From positions 415,643 through 479,642 of the forward strand of contig NMRA01000240.1 of the NCBI GenBank assembly GCA_002633005.1: 64,000 nt of DNA. The letters are read 5' to 3'. Below the pieces are notes generated by a model, which saw nothing but the letters and a program-made list of their open reading frames with translations, did not search any database and had not been told where the DNA came from. Source of the DNA: Phoronis australis. Lineage: Eukaryota > Animalia > Phoronida. Both the position numbers and the translations under genes were made by a program. This document shows positions 25,083 to 38,202 of this stretch, piece by piece (positions within the stretch are counted from its first letter, which is position 1; every line of letters starts with the position of its first letter).

Positions 25083-26352
25083 ACAAGAGCAACGCAGAGC
25101 GTTGAAATGCGCCTACGAATGCATTGCAAATGGTGTGCTTTTAGGGTTATTTATTTGTATCATAAAAATGGCCACTAGATGGCGCAAAAACATACAATCC
25201 ATACAAAAACAGGAACATGCCGTATTTCATAAAAATCTGCCAAGGAACTTCAGAAAAACAAAGGAAAACAGAATAAAATGAAATTGCCACTAGTGGGCAG
25301 TGTCCGTTGAATCTGCTTGAAAGTCCTCATCTGTTGTTATCTTCATGTAAATACACTTACTAAATTTAGTAAAGATCCTGCAGTGGGATTAGGAGATACA
25401 ACTATGGGTGCAAAACAAAACTACCACTAGGAGGTGCCACAGTAGTCAGTCCACCATCATCAAAGGTTGTCTTCACACTGAGAACATATATGCCAATTTT
25501 CATATGATTTGGCGGATACAGGGGTGGACACCAAAAACAAGATTTGAAAACAGCAAAAATGGTCAGTAGCTGGTGCAAAATACCTCCATCCAAAAACAGG
25601 AAGATAGTGTCATCACACCTGTCCAATAGGTGCCTATATTTAAAATTTTATGGGGACCTTTGAAGATACTGAGTTAAACGTAAAACCTTAAAATTGACAC
25701 CAGGGGGCACAGCAGTAGTCAGATCTGTCCGAAAGTCGTTGTCATCTGTAGTCAACATCATATAAATACACTTGCTAAATTAAGTAAAGATCCTGCGAAC
25801 GGTTTAGGAGATACAGCCATAGGCGCAAAAACAAAACTGCCACTAGGAGGTGCCACAGTAGTCGAAATCATCGGGAAATCATCATCAACCGTCCTCTTTA
25901 TAGTAAGCACATACATGCCAATTTTCACAATCATCCTTTGAGCGGCTTGGTTGATTGAGGGGTGGACCCAACAAAACAGACTTGAAAACAGTAAAAATGG
26001 CCACTAGGTGGCACAAACTACGTCAAATCCATCCGAAAATGAGAGGATAGCGTCATCTCACTAATAGGTGCCTACATACCAAATTTTATGAAAATCCGTT
26101 ATGGATTTTTGAAGATACAAAGGTAAGCGTAAAAAACTAAAATTGTCACTAGGGGGCACACCGGTACTCGGATCCGTTCGAAAGTTTGCTCATACCGTCC
26201 TATATATGAAAGCAACACATGTGCAAAACTTCATGAACATACCTCAATCGGTTTTGGAGATAGAGCAGCGGACGCCGGACGGACGCCGCCCGGACGGACG
26301 GATGCAGATGACGGCATAATGCGTCCACATGTACATATGTGGGCGCATAAAA
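25083..26352 (-). mobile_element. HINE-like element family A, inverted copy
   Basis: Reverse complement of the 16003-17092 ends, microsatellite and internal repeats, with more repeat units. Confidence 0.8.
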
Positions 26353-27274
26353 CAAGTAGACAGGAGTATTGAAAATGAAATAATGAAAACCGGGCGGGTA
26401 TGAAACGTATTTAAAACCATCAGTCTTTTGGGAAGCAGCCCTTGTTCAAGATAAACACAAATTCACCTGTTTAGTCATTTTGTAATATTTAAAATGCATC
26501 AAGTTAAAACTGCACTCCACAGCAGGAGGCTTAACTCAGTGCAAATGCCAGAGAAATCCAATTTTGGAGTAATAACAACCATCACTGGTGAGCCAGTAAT
26601 GCTAGCTATTACCTTTCTACTTCAGTTGCTCAGAACTACATCAATACAAAGGGCGTGCTGAATAGGCATAAAAGTTGTCTGGGGCTAAGGGAATCTGAGT
26701 GGTGACCAGTGTAAGCCAGAAATTCTCCACATGAGCCATCTGAGAATGATCAAGCTCAATACCAACAAAATAATGTGCCACTCAGTTACTTCGGATTAGT
26801 ATTGAGAGAAGCAACAGTCCTCTGTTACCCACCAAGCATTATGGTTTTAGAACTGGAGCAAAGACCTGAGGCTCACACTTTGCCAGGATTCTCCATTTAT
26901 GGCCTTTTATTATAATAGAGCCCTGCTCTCGCTTTTAATTTCAGCCGTTGACTTTGCACACTCTTTAAATTCTCTCAACCTATTTTAATTTGATTAGCTA
27001 GCCCAGAATAATGCGAAGTAAAGTAAAAATTATTTAAATTCTTTACTTTACAGTGCCAACATCATTGGCAAAACTTAAAATGAGACCAGTCTACTTTTCT
27101 ATGCAAATTTCATTCATTCTTGGAACACCTTAAACAAAAAGATTTTCTGCAAAGCAGAAAACAAGCACTAAATTTTAAAAAAATTGAGACAGTCTGCCTG
27201 ATAGTCATTGAGTGTTCAACAGCAAACGAAGACCATATTTGGTCTAACATAATTGGTAGTCTTCCCTCTTTTAA

Positions 27275-28290
27275 AAGGATACCAAGCCCGGCGGGGATCC
27301 CAGAGCTTTTTTGGCATGAAAAGGTAACCAATTTTCTTTGGTGCCACAGTCCTCTATGGGTATCCTGATGCTTGGAAATGGTTGTCTGGGAGGTTCGCTC
27401 TAGTGGGTGTGGCCAGGAGAGCCAAGAGAATGACACTCAGAAATTGAGCTAGATCAACTTTTCTGGTAACGACTTCAAACTGCCTTCAATACCTATTGCA
27501 TAATCCACTGTATCAATATTGGTCACTGCCAGACAATTTGAGTGGTGGGGAATATCAGCCGGTTATAAACAAGCCGGTAAAAAATTGAGCTAGATCAATC
27601 CAAGAGGTAACCGCATGAAATCAGTTGCAAAATATTCACCGTGAGCCCAGGTATCACGAATGAACACTGCCAGACAAATCTAGTGGTGGGTTAGCGCTGC
27701 CAGACATGCCCAAATACAGGAGTTGAGCTAGATCAACCTTCAACTAAGGTAACTGTTTGAAACCAATTACACGATGTTCAGCATCACTGTACATGGCACA
27801 ACAGTTAGATGCCAGACAATTTCAGTGGTGGGGGCCCCTGCCAGACGATTACCAAAAAGGGTTAAAAATTGAGCTAGATCAACCCAAGAGGTAATCGCTT
27901 TTAAAAAACCAGTTGCAAAATACTCAACGTAACCCCAGGTATCACGAATAAACACTGCCACACAAATCTAGTGGTGTGTTAGCCCCGCCAGACACGTCCA
28001 AATACCCTAGTTGAGCTAGATCAACCCAAGAGGTAACAGCACGAAATCAGTTGCAAAATATTCGCCGTAGGCACAGGTATCAAGAATAAATACTGCCAGA
28101 CAAATCTAGTGACCCGGTTATCCCCGCCAGAAAGGCTCAAGTGCCTACTAAGCTGAGCTAGACCAATCCACCAGGTAACCGTTTGAAACAAATTGCACGA
28201 TGTTCAGCATCACTGCACGTGGCACAACAGTAAGATGCCAAACAACTTCAGCAGTGGCGTGCCCTCATCAGACAAATTATAAAGAATCGA
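27275..28290 (-). mobile_element. Element with ~140-bp internal tandem repeats (HINE-like family B)
   Basis: GAGCTAGATC at ~27446, 27587, 27725, 27871, 28012, 28154. Terminal hairpin GGATACC..GGGATCC next to a T/A run. Inverted copy at ~36550-37322. Confidence 0.6.
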
Positions 28291-29580
28291 AACAAAATTG
28301 ATTATAAGCCCATTCAGACTAAATAAGCATCACATTCAGGAACCAGGCACTTCGATTTTCAGTAAAGCCAGTGAGTCTGTAGGACATTGACACAAGGTGA
28401 GAGATATTTGTCTGAAAGTTTGTCAGAGCATGAAAACCAGAAACATCGCGCCTGAGGTTGGACCAACCTCACAAGTCTGTGCGACAACAGCGGAATACTC
28501 CATATATGATTCGCTATCAAAAACAAAAAACCTAAAATCCGTCCATGAGGGATGACACATTGTGTTTGCACAAATTCCGATTTTTTGTTGTCCCATTTTA
28601 CCAGTCTAAACAGCATCCCTGTCTTTGGACGAGTCATTTGATGCAACGGCTAAAACAAGGAATAATAGAAATGCCGTCTTTTGCTTCCGTCTGCGTTATG
28701 TATGCGTGCCAATTTCCTTCATTCCACACAGTGATTAATGGCAAATATGGGAAAACTGATCAGTTTTGGGCAATCTACATCTTTCTCATAAACCGAGCCC
28801 ACAGAGACCTCCAGAGATGCAAAACCAATGATGTCAGTAGCTATAGTAACAATTTCCCCGACAGTGCTAGATGTATTCTTTGCCTTGAACCACCCAAACT
28901 ACGTCAGATGGGGAACACTGTGGGAATAACGAGTCCTGATAGTTTTTTAATTTAGTTAGATTGACAATCATTTCATTTGCATGACACAATGGAACTGTTT
29001 GCTTTTTGTCTTCAAATTGAATATAAAACATGTTCAAATTAATTATCCATAGATGTTGTATATGGTGCTCAGTCATCGTCGCGACAGCCCCAAGTATCCA
29101 CATTGGGGAAGGGGATATCCAACCACTATGTATAATCTTTTTGGAAATTGTGACTGGTTTGCAATTGAATTAAACAAAGATTCTAGTTGATGTTTCACCA
29201 TTTTACTCTTATTATTAATAGTCACAGCTAGGGGGGGTTCGGGGGTTCTATCGAACCCCTCCCCCACTGAAAAGGTCCAGCCCCAGCTTATGCATGAAAG
29301 ATAGGATATAAATGGACAACAACAAAATTGTGGTAGCTACTGGTGCTACTTATAACTACAATGATAACTAAGTTAGTAATAATTTTGAATTTGCTCCTGA
29401 TTCAAAGCGCTTCACGTGGCTTCAGGCCGCATTCGGACAAATTCACCCGACTGCCGCTCTTTGTGTAGATGACAGGATAGTGCATACGACAAGAGGAGGC
29501 TTTGTATTATTCATTATCTACCTGCCTCGTGGCTATACCAAAGGGAAACAAGAGAGTCTAGAAGTGAATGTCTATGCCTA

Positions 29581-29733
29581 CGCCAGAAGGCAATTGCTTA
29601 TGCAGAACGAACAACTGTGGATGAAACACTAAGGTTTATTGAGAGCTAAATAGAATGTACGAAACCAGAACAAAATGGCAGACGGCAGAGAGAGGGCGCT
29701 GACTACAGCGAAACGACATCTGGCAGGCTGGCG
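29581..29733 (-). repeat. 3' LTR (CGCCAG...CTGGCG)
   Basis: Near-identical to 34468-34626; contains minus-strand AATAAA (plus TTTATT at ~29635). Confidence 0.9.
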
Positions 29734-29829
29734 TGACTTCTCTTTCTCCACAAAAACATAAACTAATAACAAATAAGTAGGCTAATAAAAGTGAGAAAAC
29801 TGTAACTGTCCTTAGTTAAGTACGTAATC

Positions 29830-32800
29830 CTACAAATACGAGGGTGGGCAGTGAGAACGCTTTGGTCGACAACAGTCGTTGGCCTCTGTGAGAGTGGGTT
29901 GGGCATCAGAGCAAGCGTTGGGTACATCGTAGGGGTTGTTGTCATTAGAAGAAACGGTGGCATCGTTCGGAGGCAGCGACAATGCCTGAGGAACAGGCGG
30001 AAGCGGAAGATCAGGAGGCAATGTGACAGACGCAGAATCAGCAGATGGCATATCAACAGGACGAGTGTCAGTAGAGTACGGTTAATCGTCGTCATCCAGC
30101 GTCGGAGCTGGTAAAGGCAACTCGGCACGCAGAGACAAAAACTCGGGCACAACGTAGCAATCATCCATTTGACTTTGTATGATGTGGAGCGTAGTTGCGA
30201 ACCAACAAACTTGCGGATATAACACCTGTCATCCTCGATGGACACTACCAAGTGTCGATCACGAGCCTTTGTCTTGTCGCGATCTGCGTGGAGGTACACT
30301 AGATCACCTACAGCCAAAGAGGTAGGGCGAAGCCGGTGTCGTCCCTGGGGATTTTTCGATCTTTCGCAGTGTGAATGATTCGCAGTCCGGGCACGGTGTT
30401 GTTGTAAGCTTATTTCTCTGTCAGACACAGGGAGTTGTTCATTGGTATACTGATTTCGTTGGAACCAAATTTTTCGAGATGACAAACCGCAAGAGCGAAG
30501 ACAGGAATTGAGTCGGGCTGTGGCGATGCTCAGACCTAGCTTAGTCACTGGACCCCCTCCAGGTTGCTGGCACAACAACTTGTTCTCAAGTTCAGCAATT
30601 GCCTTTTCTGCAACGGGGTTCTTGTTTGTGTTCTTGACGCAACCAACTTCTAAACGTATGCCAACTGAGTGTAACAGCTTGTCGTTCTGGAGCGCACGAA
30701 ACCCAGGTGCGGGATCGACCCGGACAATGGCCGACGGTCCATCAAGTGGGAGTAGTTCTGACAGGAGTTGGACTAGAGCGTCTCGGAGCAAAGTATGTGT
30801 CTCAGTGTCAATAAGACAAGTGGAAGAATACGATGTGACCGTTTCACACACAAGAAGAATGAGCTGGTGCGAACGCTTCAAGACATCTGCAGCGAAGCAA
30901 ATGCCTGGAACCTCGGGCGGATCAGTAGTCGATTGTGGGACAAAAGCACAGGGAGAGGCTTTCAGGTACGCACATACGAGGCATGATTCAGAAACCCAGT
31001 CAATGGCTTTATTGAGATCTAACGCGTAGAAGTGGCGACTGACAACCAGCTTCAGTTGATGCTTGGAAGGGCGGTCAAGCTTGATGTGAATGGCAGTAAG
31101 CAACCCTTCAAGAACAGCTCGGGGCACGACAATCATCTCGGAAGCACCAAACAGAGGTTGGCTTCGACGTACAACGAGTAGACCATCACGGGAGATAGTG
31201 GTAACCCTGAGGTAATGCTTCACGTCTGGTAAGGAACTGAGCTTCTTAGAAGGGCGAGTGCCCTGTTTCAGATGAGCACGGACACGTCGTAGATCAGGAC
31301 ATTCTAACTGAGTTGCAATCCAGCTGGAGCGAGTCGTGAATGGGAGACGAGTCAATCCTTGCAGGATGTCGTCAACGCAGATATGTCTCACGACAGAATC
31401 TTCTGTGGCGATGATAAACGAACGTACTTGGCAACATGGGTCACTGCAGTCGAGAGCGTTGCGACTCGCGAAGTCTGACGGAATGTTTGCTGAACCAGCT
31501 AGGTGTGACAAGTGAACCTGGTAGCGGCTGACAATAGACAGAAATGATGTTACACGAGGACTAGATGAGAATTCTCCTCTACATAGTTTCTCTACTGCCT
31601 GGACACACGGCTTGCTGTCTGTGAGGAGACAAGTCCAATGCTTCGATTGGATAATAAACGGACTGAAGTGTTTGACGGCAGCAGCTATAGATAGGGCCTC
31701 AATCTCGCACGGGAGCCAAGTGACTTGGTGTTTGCGAAGTTTGACGCTGTAAAACCCAGCAAGACACAGCTTCTGCCCTCGTGTGACATAGAGCGTTGCC
31801 CCTACTCCATGACTAGTGACAGACCCATCAGTGACAATCCACAATTGGTCTGAGGGACGAGGTAACAGGTGAAAGATGGAGGTTACAACAGTCCAGGGCC
31901 TGGAGTACACGGGTCCATATATCGTAAGATCATCTGGGATATTCGCACCGCAATACAAATCATCAGCCAGTTTAGCGACTTTGTCCTCTTGAAGAAGGTC
32001 TCCAAGGACGCAACACATGAGTTCTTCGAGTGCAGTTTCTGAGCCGGGTATACCCATAGACATGCACCCCTTTAAAGGGAGTGCAGACGCCACAGTATTT
32101 CATAGAAGAACGGTCCAATGGTATCTGATAGAAGGCACTGGTGAGGTACATAACGATGATGTACCTCCAGCATGCGATGGTGTGAAGTGTGGTATCTACA
32201 TCGGGCAGAAGGGACTGTTGGGGCTTGCAGTAACGACCAACATCCGCGAAGGCAGTGACTAGACGAAACCCACCGTTTGGCTTCTTCACTAGTAAAGAAG
32301 GTTTCAGGTACTCAACAGTGATACCGATGTCCTCCGGTCGACGAAAGATACCTTCCTTCTCAAGATCATCCAACTTGGTTTGTAACTCCACTAGTTTGTC
32401 ACAAGAATATTGTGGGACACATCCCTTTTGCTGGGGTGCTTGGACGGGGCCCATGTTCACCACAGCCTTGAATGGGCCCATTGTAGCCAGGAACGCGAGG
32501 GCTAAACACCTGGTTGTACTCATTCATGACACTGCAAAACAGTTGTCTGGTCTTAGGTGACAGCAAACAGTCAGGGTCTAACACAACAGAGCTCGAATAC
32601 TTTGTTGTAGATTCTGTGAGAGTACGCGTGGAGCTGGTTGGTGGTACAGAGTCCGTGACTAGCTGGAAGTTCGGGGCGGTAGCTCGAACTTGACCAAAGT
32701 GGTTGTTACGAGGGATGTTGTATGGTTCCATGGAAGAGTTTACAATCCGAATCTTGCCACCTACAGACTCAACTATAGCAGGCTGAGGCCATGGCTTACT

Positions 32801-33300
32801 TGAGTGGATGCCAGTATCAAGCCGTGGCTCAATGGCAATGAATCCATCAGGATCAACATCTGGTGGGACGGAAACCTCCAAAAAATCTGCCACAAAACTG
32901 TGGAGTACCTCGGTGATCGTAACAGATGTGACTGCGTGAGGCGGACATGATGTGGGCTTGAGGCAGACTTTGTCCCAGAGCCGTAGGTGATTATGTCAGT
33001 CCCTCGGATTGTGATTTGAAGCTTTGCTGGTCAAACAGCGATATGGTTTGAAGTCAAGAAAAAACAGCGACTTCCAGATCGTCAACGACGAGTGCCTTGA
33101 GGAGCAATTTTTGGTCATTTCGGGAAACCGAGAGTGACGTTTCCCCGACTACGGACAACAGTGACTTACCGTCACCTTGGAAAGCGCACTGAGTACTGGG
33201 TTTGATGGGGGCGTCAACCTCGTGAAGGATGCCTTAATCCTATTAGTCTCAGCACCTGTGTCAACGGTGAGAACAACAGGATGATGAGTGTAAAACACTT
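29830..33300 (-). pseudogene. pol: pol (aspartic protease, RT, RNase H, DDE integrase), frameshifted
   Basis: VLTVDTGAETN (PR); RLVTAF..AFYQIPL and [19 protein letters not shown] (RT); WIVTDGS..EIEAL..TDSKP (RNase H); FAADV..RVDPAPGF..NPVAEKAIAELE (IN). Split over ORFs 33149-33523, 32399-32893, 31972-32523 and 29763-32093. Confidence 0.9.
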
Positions 33301-34300
33301 TGAAAGTAGGAGACTTGTTCACACGGACACGGTGGGATGACACGCGAAAGTTAGAGCAGTCGTCATTATCGTCCACATTGGCGTCATTTACACTATGGTC
33401 TTCGGAACAGGTAAGTTGTCGCGACTTACTTATGAAAAGACGATCTTGTGGTGGAAGAAATGGGCATTTGCTGAGAAAATGCTGTGTCTCCGCACAACGA
33501 GCTTGCACACACACAGGGGGCACGATGGTCTGCTGGTTGAGGTCCGTTTGGGTGTCTGGAAGTTAGAGCGTTTGGAGTACTGTGGCGTAGTACCTTAGCA
33601 TCTGCAGTGTGTTTTATTTCGTCAAGCAACGAGTCCATTGCTTAAGAGATCTCTGGTTTTAGTGTGGCTAGGGTACGAGATCGGAGTTCGGTGCCGTAAC
33701 GTTACTTTACTAGGTTAGGGAGATCAGGATGAAGGAGTTTTAACCATGTGAAAACAACCATGTTCTCTAGTGTGGGGGTCAGCTCTTCATCTATGGTGAC
33801 TACTTCCGTCATGATGTCGAATGGTATCGTGGGCCTGTAGTAGACTGTCTTCGACAAATAAAGTGAGTCTTTGATACAGGTCTTCTGCTCGCTCATCAGC
33901 TTCGAGGACGATGTTGCTGAAGTCTAAAAAGTGAGTACCGGTAGATTGTAGGCCATAATGCAAATGAATGGCTTGCCATATGTTGGCCAGTGATGTGGCG
34001 TTCTTCACTATGGTATTGCGAGAAATTACTGGACAGTAGTTTGCCACTTGGCCAAGCAGGAGCTCCAGGTGTTGGCACTTCTGAGCAGCAGTCCTCCTGT
34101 GACTCTTCGACGCCATCGCCGTCAGCGACCAAACCCCGGTGAGGTGAGGTAGGACTTTTCTTCCTCCATGGCACTCTGTCAACTAGGAAGTCAGCAAAAT
34201 TCTTGTCAAGGGATAGTATGTACAGTAGGTTCTGACGCCAAGCCTCAAAAGTTGTTATTGTCTCGTTTTTGGTTAACGACCATTGTTTAGGCGCTCTCTA
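33300..34300 (-). pseudogene. gag: gag, frameshifted
   Basis: RAPKQWSLTKNETITTFEAWRQNLLYILSLD.., [22 protein letters not shown].., [12 protein letters not shown]..; several frameshifts. Confidence 0.75.
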
Positions 34301-34467
34301 CGACCTGTTGCAGATGCGAATAAAGTGCAAAACAATGTCAGTTGTCACGGTGTGTGGACCAGTTGTAGTGTAAACTGGTTCGTCCCGCTTTGAAATGGAA
34401 TAACGTACGTGCGCTGCGGTAATTGACGGGGATCGGGCATAAAGTTCATTATATAACATTGCCACCA

Positions 34468-34626
34468 CGCCAGAAGGCAATTGCTTATGCAGAACGAACA
34501 ACTGTGGACGAAACACTAAGGTTTATTGAGAGCTAAATAGAATGAACGATACCAGAACAATTAAAATGGCAGACGGCAGAGAGAGAGGGCGCTGACTACA
34601 GCGAAACGACATCTGGTGGACTGGCG
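34468..34626 (-). repeat. 5' LTR (CGCCAG...CTGGCG)
   Basis: Near-identical to 29581-29733. Confidence 0.9.
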
Positions 34627-36549
34627 CTAAGCATAAACGTCGAGCCCTACGACCTACTGAGTAAGCTACATACATGTAGCAATGAGAGAGCTCCCAAAAA
34701 ATTAGTGTGGTGTGAATGCCTTAAACTCAGCCAAGAAACCAAGCAAGAAAATTGATTTGTTATTCTGCTATTTTGGTTTAATTACAAGCATTAGTACGGT
34801 AGAGGTGTAAGCATTTTCAAATTTTGAATTGAAAGTGATCGTCAAATATGCAAATATGTTGTTCATCCAGTGTCCACTTTGATTGTGGATTGGTGCATTG
34901 ACATGTACATGTGTGAGCGTTTCTGTTCCTTTAAATTCAGTATACGCTGACGGTAAGTTCATTACAGGCAGTCCTCCGTCAACCGCCGTGCTAAAAAATC
35001 AGACATTCAGTTTTCTTGCCCTGAGAATACCCCATTGAGCATTTTCACGTTATGATGGATAAGTAGGCCTAGATCTCAACTTTGGTGAATGAAAATCTTC
35101 TCTACTCAATCAATATCAATGGTTCACAACTCTGCAGACTTCATACGAGCTACGAACTTGATGGAAAAGATAAGTGGTTAACAGACTGTGCTTGAATAAT
35201 TACAGTTTATGAATTATGAGTTTCTAGTCCAAGTCTGCACTTGAGGACCCTTACATTCATGCTACAAACTCAAGTAAAAACTCGAAATTTCGATTTCAAA
35301 CTCGAACTTTAAGCTTTAATGTTGGGTTTATCAACTGCATACTAGGACTCATAAATTATCCACATAAATCATTATGTACTCGAACATAGAATAATAGACA
35401 CTTCTTTTGAATTTGTACAAAAGTAGACTAAGAAATGCCAAACACAATTTCGAGTTCCATATCGAGTAAAAAGATTCGAGACAGGGCCCAGAACTCCGAC
35501 AGTTCACTACTCTTGATTGTGTGATCACGACTCATAATCTCAGAGACAACATCTGAGGTCAACCCTCCGGCGACCAATGGCAATATCAAATTTAAGAAGA
35601 CTGAATAGGGTTCCGACTTCGTGAGGAGTGGCAGGGACAGGGTGGCCAACGAACTTCATTTAGTTTCGACCTGGCCGTGCGCATCGCACTGCAATGTGAT
35701 CTTGACATGGATTTAATGAATGTGTCATGGTTGATAATTCATCAGTATTCCTACTTCATATCATTTTATAATGCAAGTGCATTTAAGACATGCGGGCAAT
35801 TTCTCATGCACAGTGAAATCTGACCACCGTTTCCTAATTTGTGCTTGCCAGCTGGAGATGGTGGTCACTGTCTACATGAAATCCAAATGAAGAGTTTTAG
35901 TGCCCGGGCATTGTTTTCGAGCAGTGAATCCTCGGAGTAGTGAACCTTCAGAATTGTGAACCTTCGAGTTGTGAACCTTCAAAATAGTGGGCTGTTTCCA
36001 TTTCCAGCGATGTAAGCAACTTAAGCAACACGCTAAAATACAACCAGATAAAGTTTTGTCATTCACCGACTAAACTTCACATTTCCGTCTGAGTATGCAA
36101 TGAGATGTAATCATTCATTTAAGCATGGCTGATTTGAAATTTTGGCAGGTGATAATGCGAGAACGTTCTCTTTCTGGACTACATTACATCCGAATTTGAG
36201 TCCCGTTCTTTGTGAGCAACCGTCACAGCATCCCAGCTCATTTCTGGTATAATAATTACAAATTCCGTCTCATCTCATGAACATAGAGCTTAGAGTCATC
36301 GTTGTGTAAACAGATTTCCCTTCTGTCAAAGGCCTTACAGAAAACTTCACAGTTTCCACGTTAGCAAAATATCGAAGGTCAACTGTTCTTGAAATTTGAA
36401 CCAACCCCCACTCAATGCTGGCTATGGGACTGAATAGGATAATATTATAATGCATTTGAATTTAGAGAGTGAGAGGCGTCCATTAAAAACTCGCCCCTGC
36501 ATCGATCAAAACTGTGCTGAAAATGTCTGTAAGGTATCTTTTGTTGCAT

Positions 36550-37322
36550 GCAGAATGTTGCTCCACATTTTGCAAATTGTTTCAAACGGTTACCTGGCGG
36601 ATAAATCTGGCCCAACTCAGATATTTGTCATGTGTGGCGGGGCTAACCCAGCGCTAGACTTGTCTCGTAGTGTCTATTCATGATACATGAGCTTACGTCG
36701 AACATTTTGCAACTGATTTCATGCGGTTACCTCTTGGGTTGATTTACCTCAAAGTTAATAGTCCTTTCTTTAAAGGTCTGGCAGGGACACCACTAAAATT
36801 GTATGGCATCTTACTGTAATGCCATTTGCAGTGATGCTGAGCATCTTACAATTGGTTTCGAACGGTTACCTAGGAGGTTGATCTAGCTCAACTCAGGTAT
36901 TTGGGTGTGTCTGGCAGGGCTAACCCACCACTGGATTTGTCTGGCAGGGTTTATTCGTGATACCTTGGCTTACAGTGAATATTTTGGAACTGATTTAATG
37001 TGGTTACCTCTTGGATTGATCTAGCTCAATTTTTTACCGGCTTGTTTATAACCGGCTGATACTCCCCACAACTCAAATTGTCTGGCAGTGACCAATTTTG
37101 ATACAGTGGATTACGCAGTAGGTATTGAAGGCAATAATTGAAGTAGTTACCAGAAAAGTTGATCTAGCTCAATTTCTGAGTGCCATTCTCTTAGCTCCCC
37201 TGACCACACCCACCAGAGCGAACCTGCCAGACGGCTATTTCCAAGCATCAGGATACCCACAGGGCACTGTGGCACCAAAGAAAATTGTTTACCTTTTCAT
37301 GCCCAACAAAGCTCTGGGATCC
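36550..37322 (+). mobile_element. HINE-like family B, inverted copy with ~140-bp repeats
   Basis: Reverse complement of 27295-~28050; GATCTAGCTC at ~36880, 37018, 37161. Confidence 0.6.
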
Positions 37323-38202
37323 AGGTTTAATACTAAAAATGTTCTCTGTAACAAAATAATGCTCTGTAACCCTTGACAACCTCAAAAGTTTGGAGGCCAA
37401 ATTTGAAAACTCCTTTCAAAGTCTGCTAAACGGGTAAGCATGACATGTTTTTACCGAATTACACGGTAATTGTGGGAAAAAACACCCATCAAGAACCATA
37501 ATATCCAACTTGTAGGATAGCGAGGATAAGTTTTTGTAGTTTCCTGCCTCATTGATGCCAATGACATATTAGCAGGTTACAGAGCAAGGATTGGTTGAAA
37601 TCATTAAAACAGGGTTTGATTTCCTTTCAAACTTGATAAAAGGAGAGCTCTGTGTACATGCAGTTAATCGTGACAGTGTGACTCAGGCATAAACAGTTAT
37701 TTGTAAACTAAAAGGTAGGAACATTGAAACAAAATTAACTTAACAAAAAGCAACCATTGAAATAACTGAACTCAGACACTCGTTGTTACGGGCCACCTGA
37801 TAGTAAATTGTGAAGATGTAAATATAAGTTGTGCCCACTACTTTTCAAACCATAAAACCATAAAGATTGTGATTTGTTGAGGAAAACAAATCCCATGGCT
37901 GCATTGTTACAACTAACAGATTACAAAAAAGCAATTAACAGATTCACGCAAAAGGTTTCCATTCTCCTGGAATGTAAAAATCAAGAAATTTCCACTATCA
38001 TGATCTGATCTAGAATCACAATCGATTAGACACGCCTTTTGTGTTGGTACACAATACTGTGGTTAAGCTGGTCAGAGCTTACACTCACACATAGGAATCT
38101 ACAGGTGAAAGTTAAGTCTAATTTCTCTGACAGTCAACCGTTTTACTCCATTCAAAGTTTTTGGTGAAAATATTTCGTACAAAACACAAAATAGTATTTT
38201 TA

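Larger units (their letters stand above)
29581..34626 (-). mobile_element. Gypsy-like LTR retrotransposon, Troyka-type, full length but decayed
   Basis: Direct repeats 29581-29733 and 34468-34626, flanked by CTA on both sides. PPT GGAGAAAGAGAAG precedes the 3' LTR and TGG follows the 5' LTR. Internal order is gag-PR-RT-RNaseH-IN. Confidence 0.9.

Noticed and set aside
29851-33598. Plus-strand ORFs inside the retrotransposon (e.g. 30508-31029)
   Set aside because: Antisense shadows of pol; no independent motifs.
35428-35649. 73-aa minus-strand ORF
   Set aside because: No recognisable motif or splice context.
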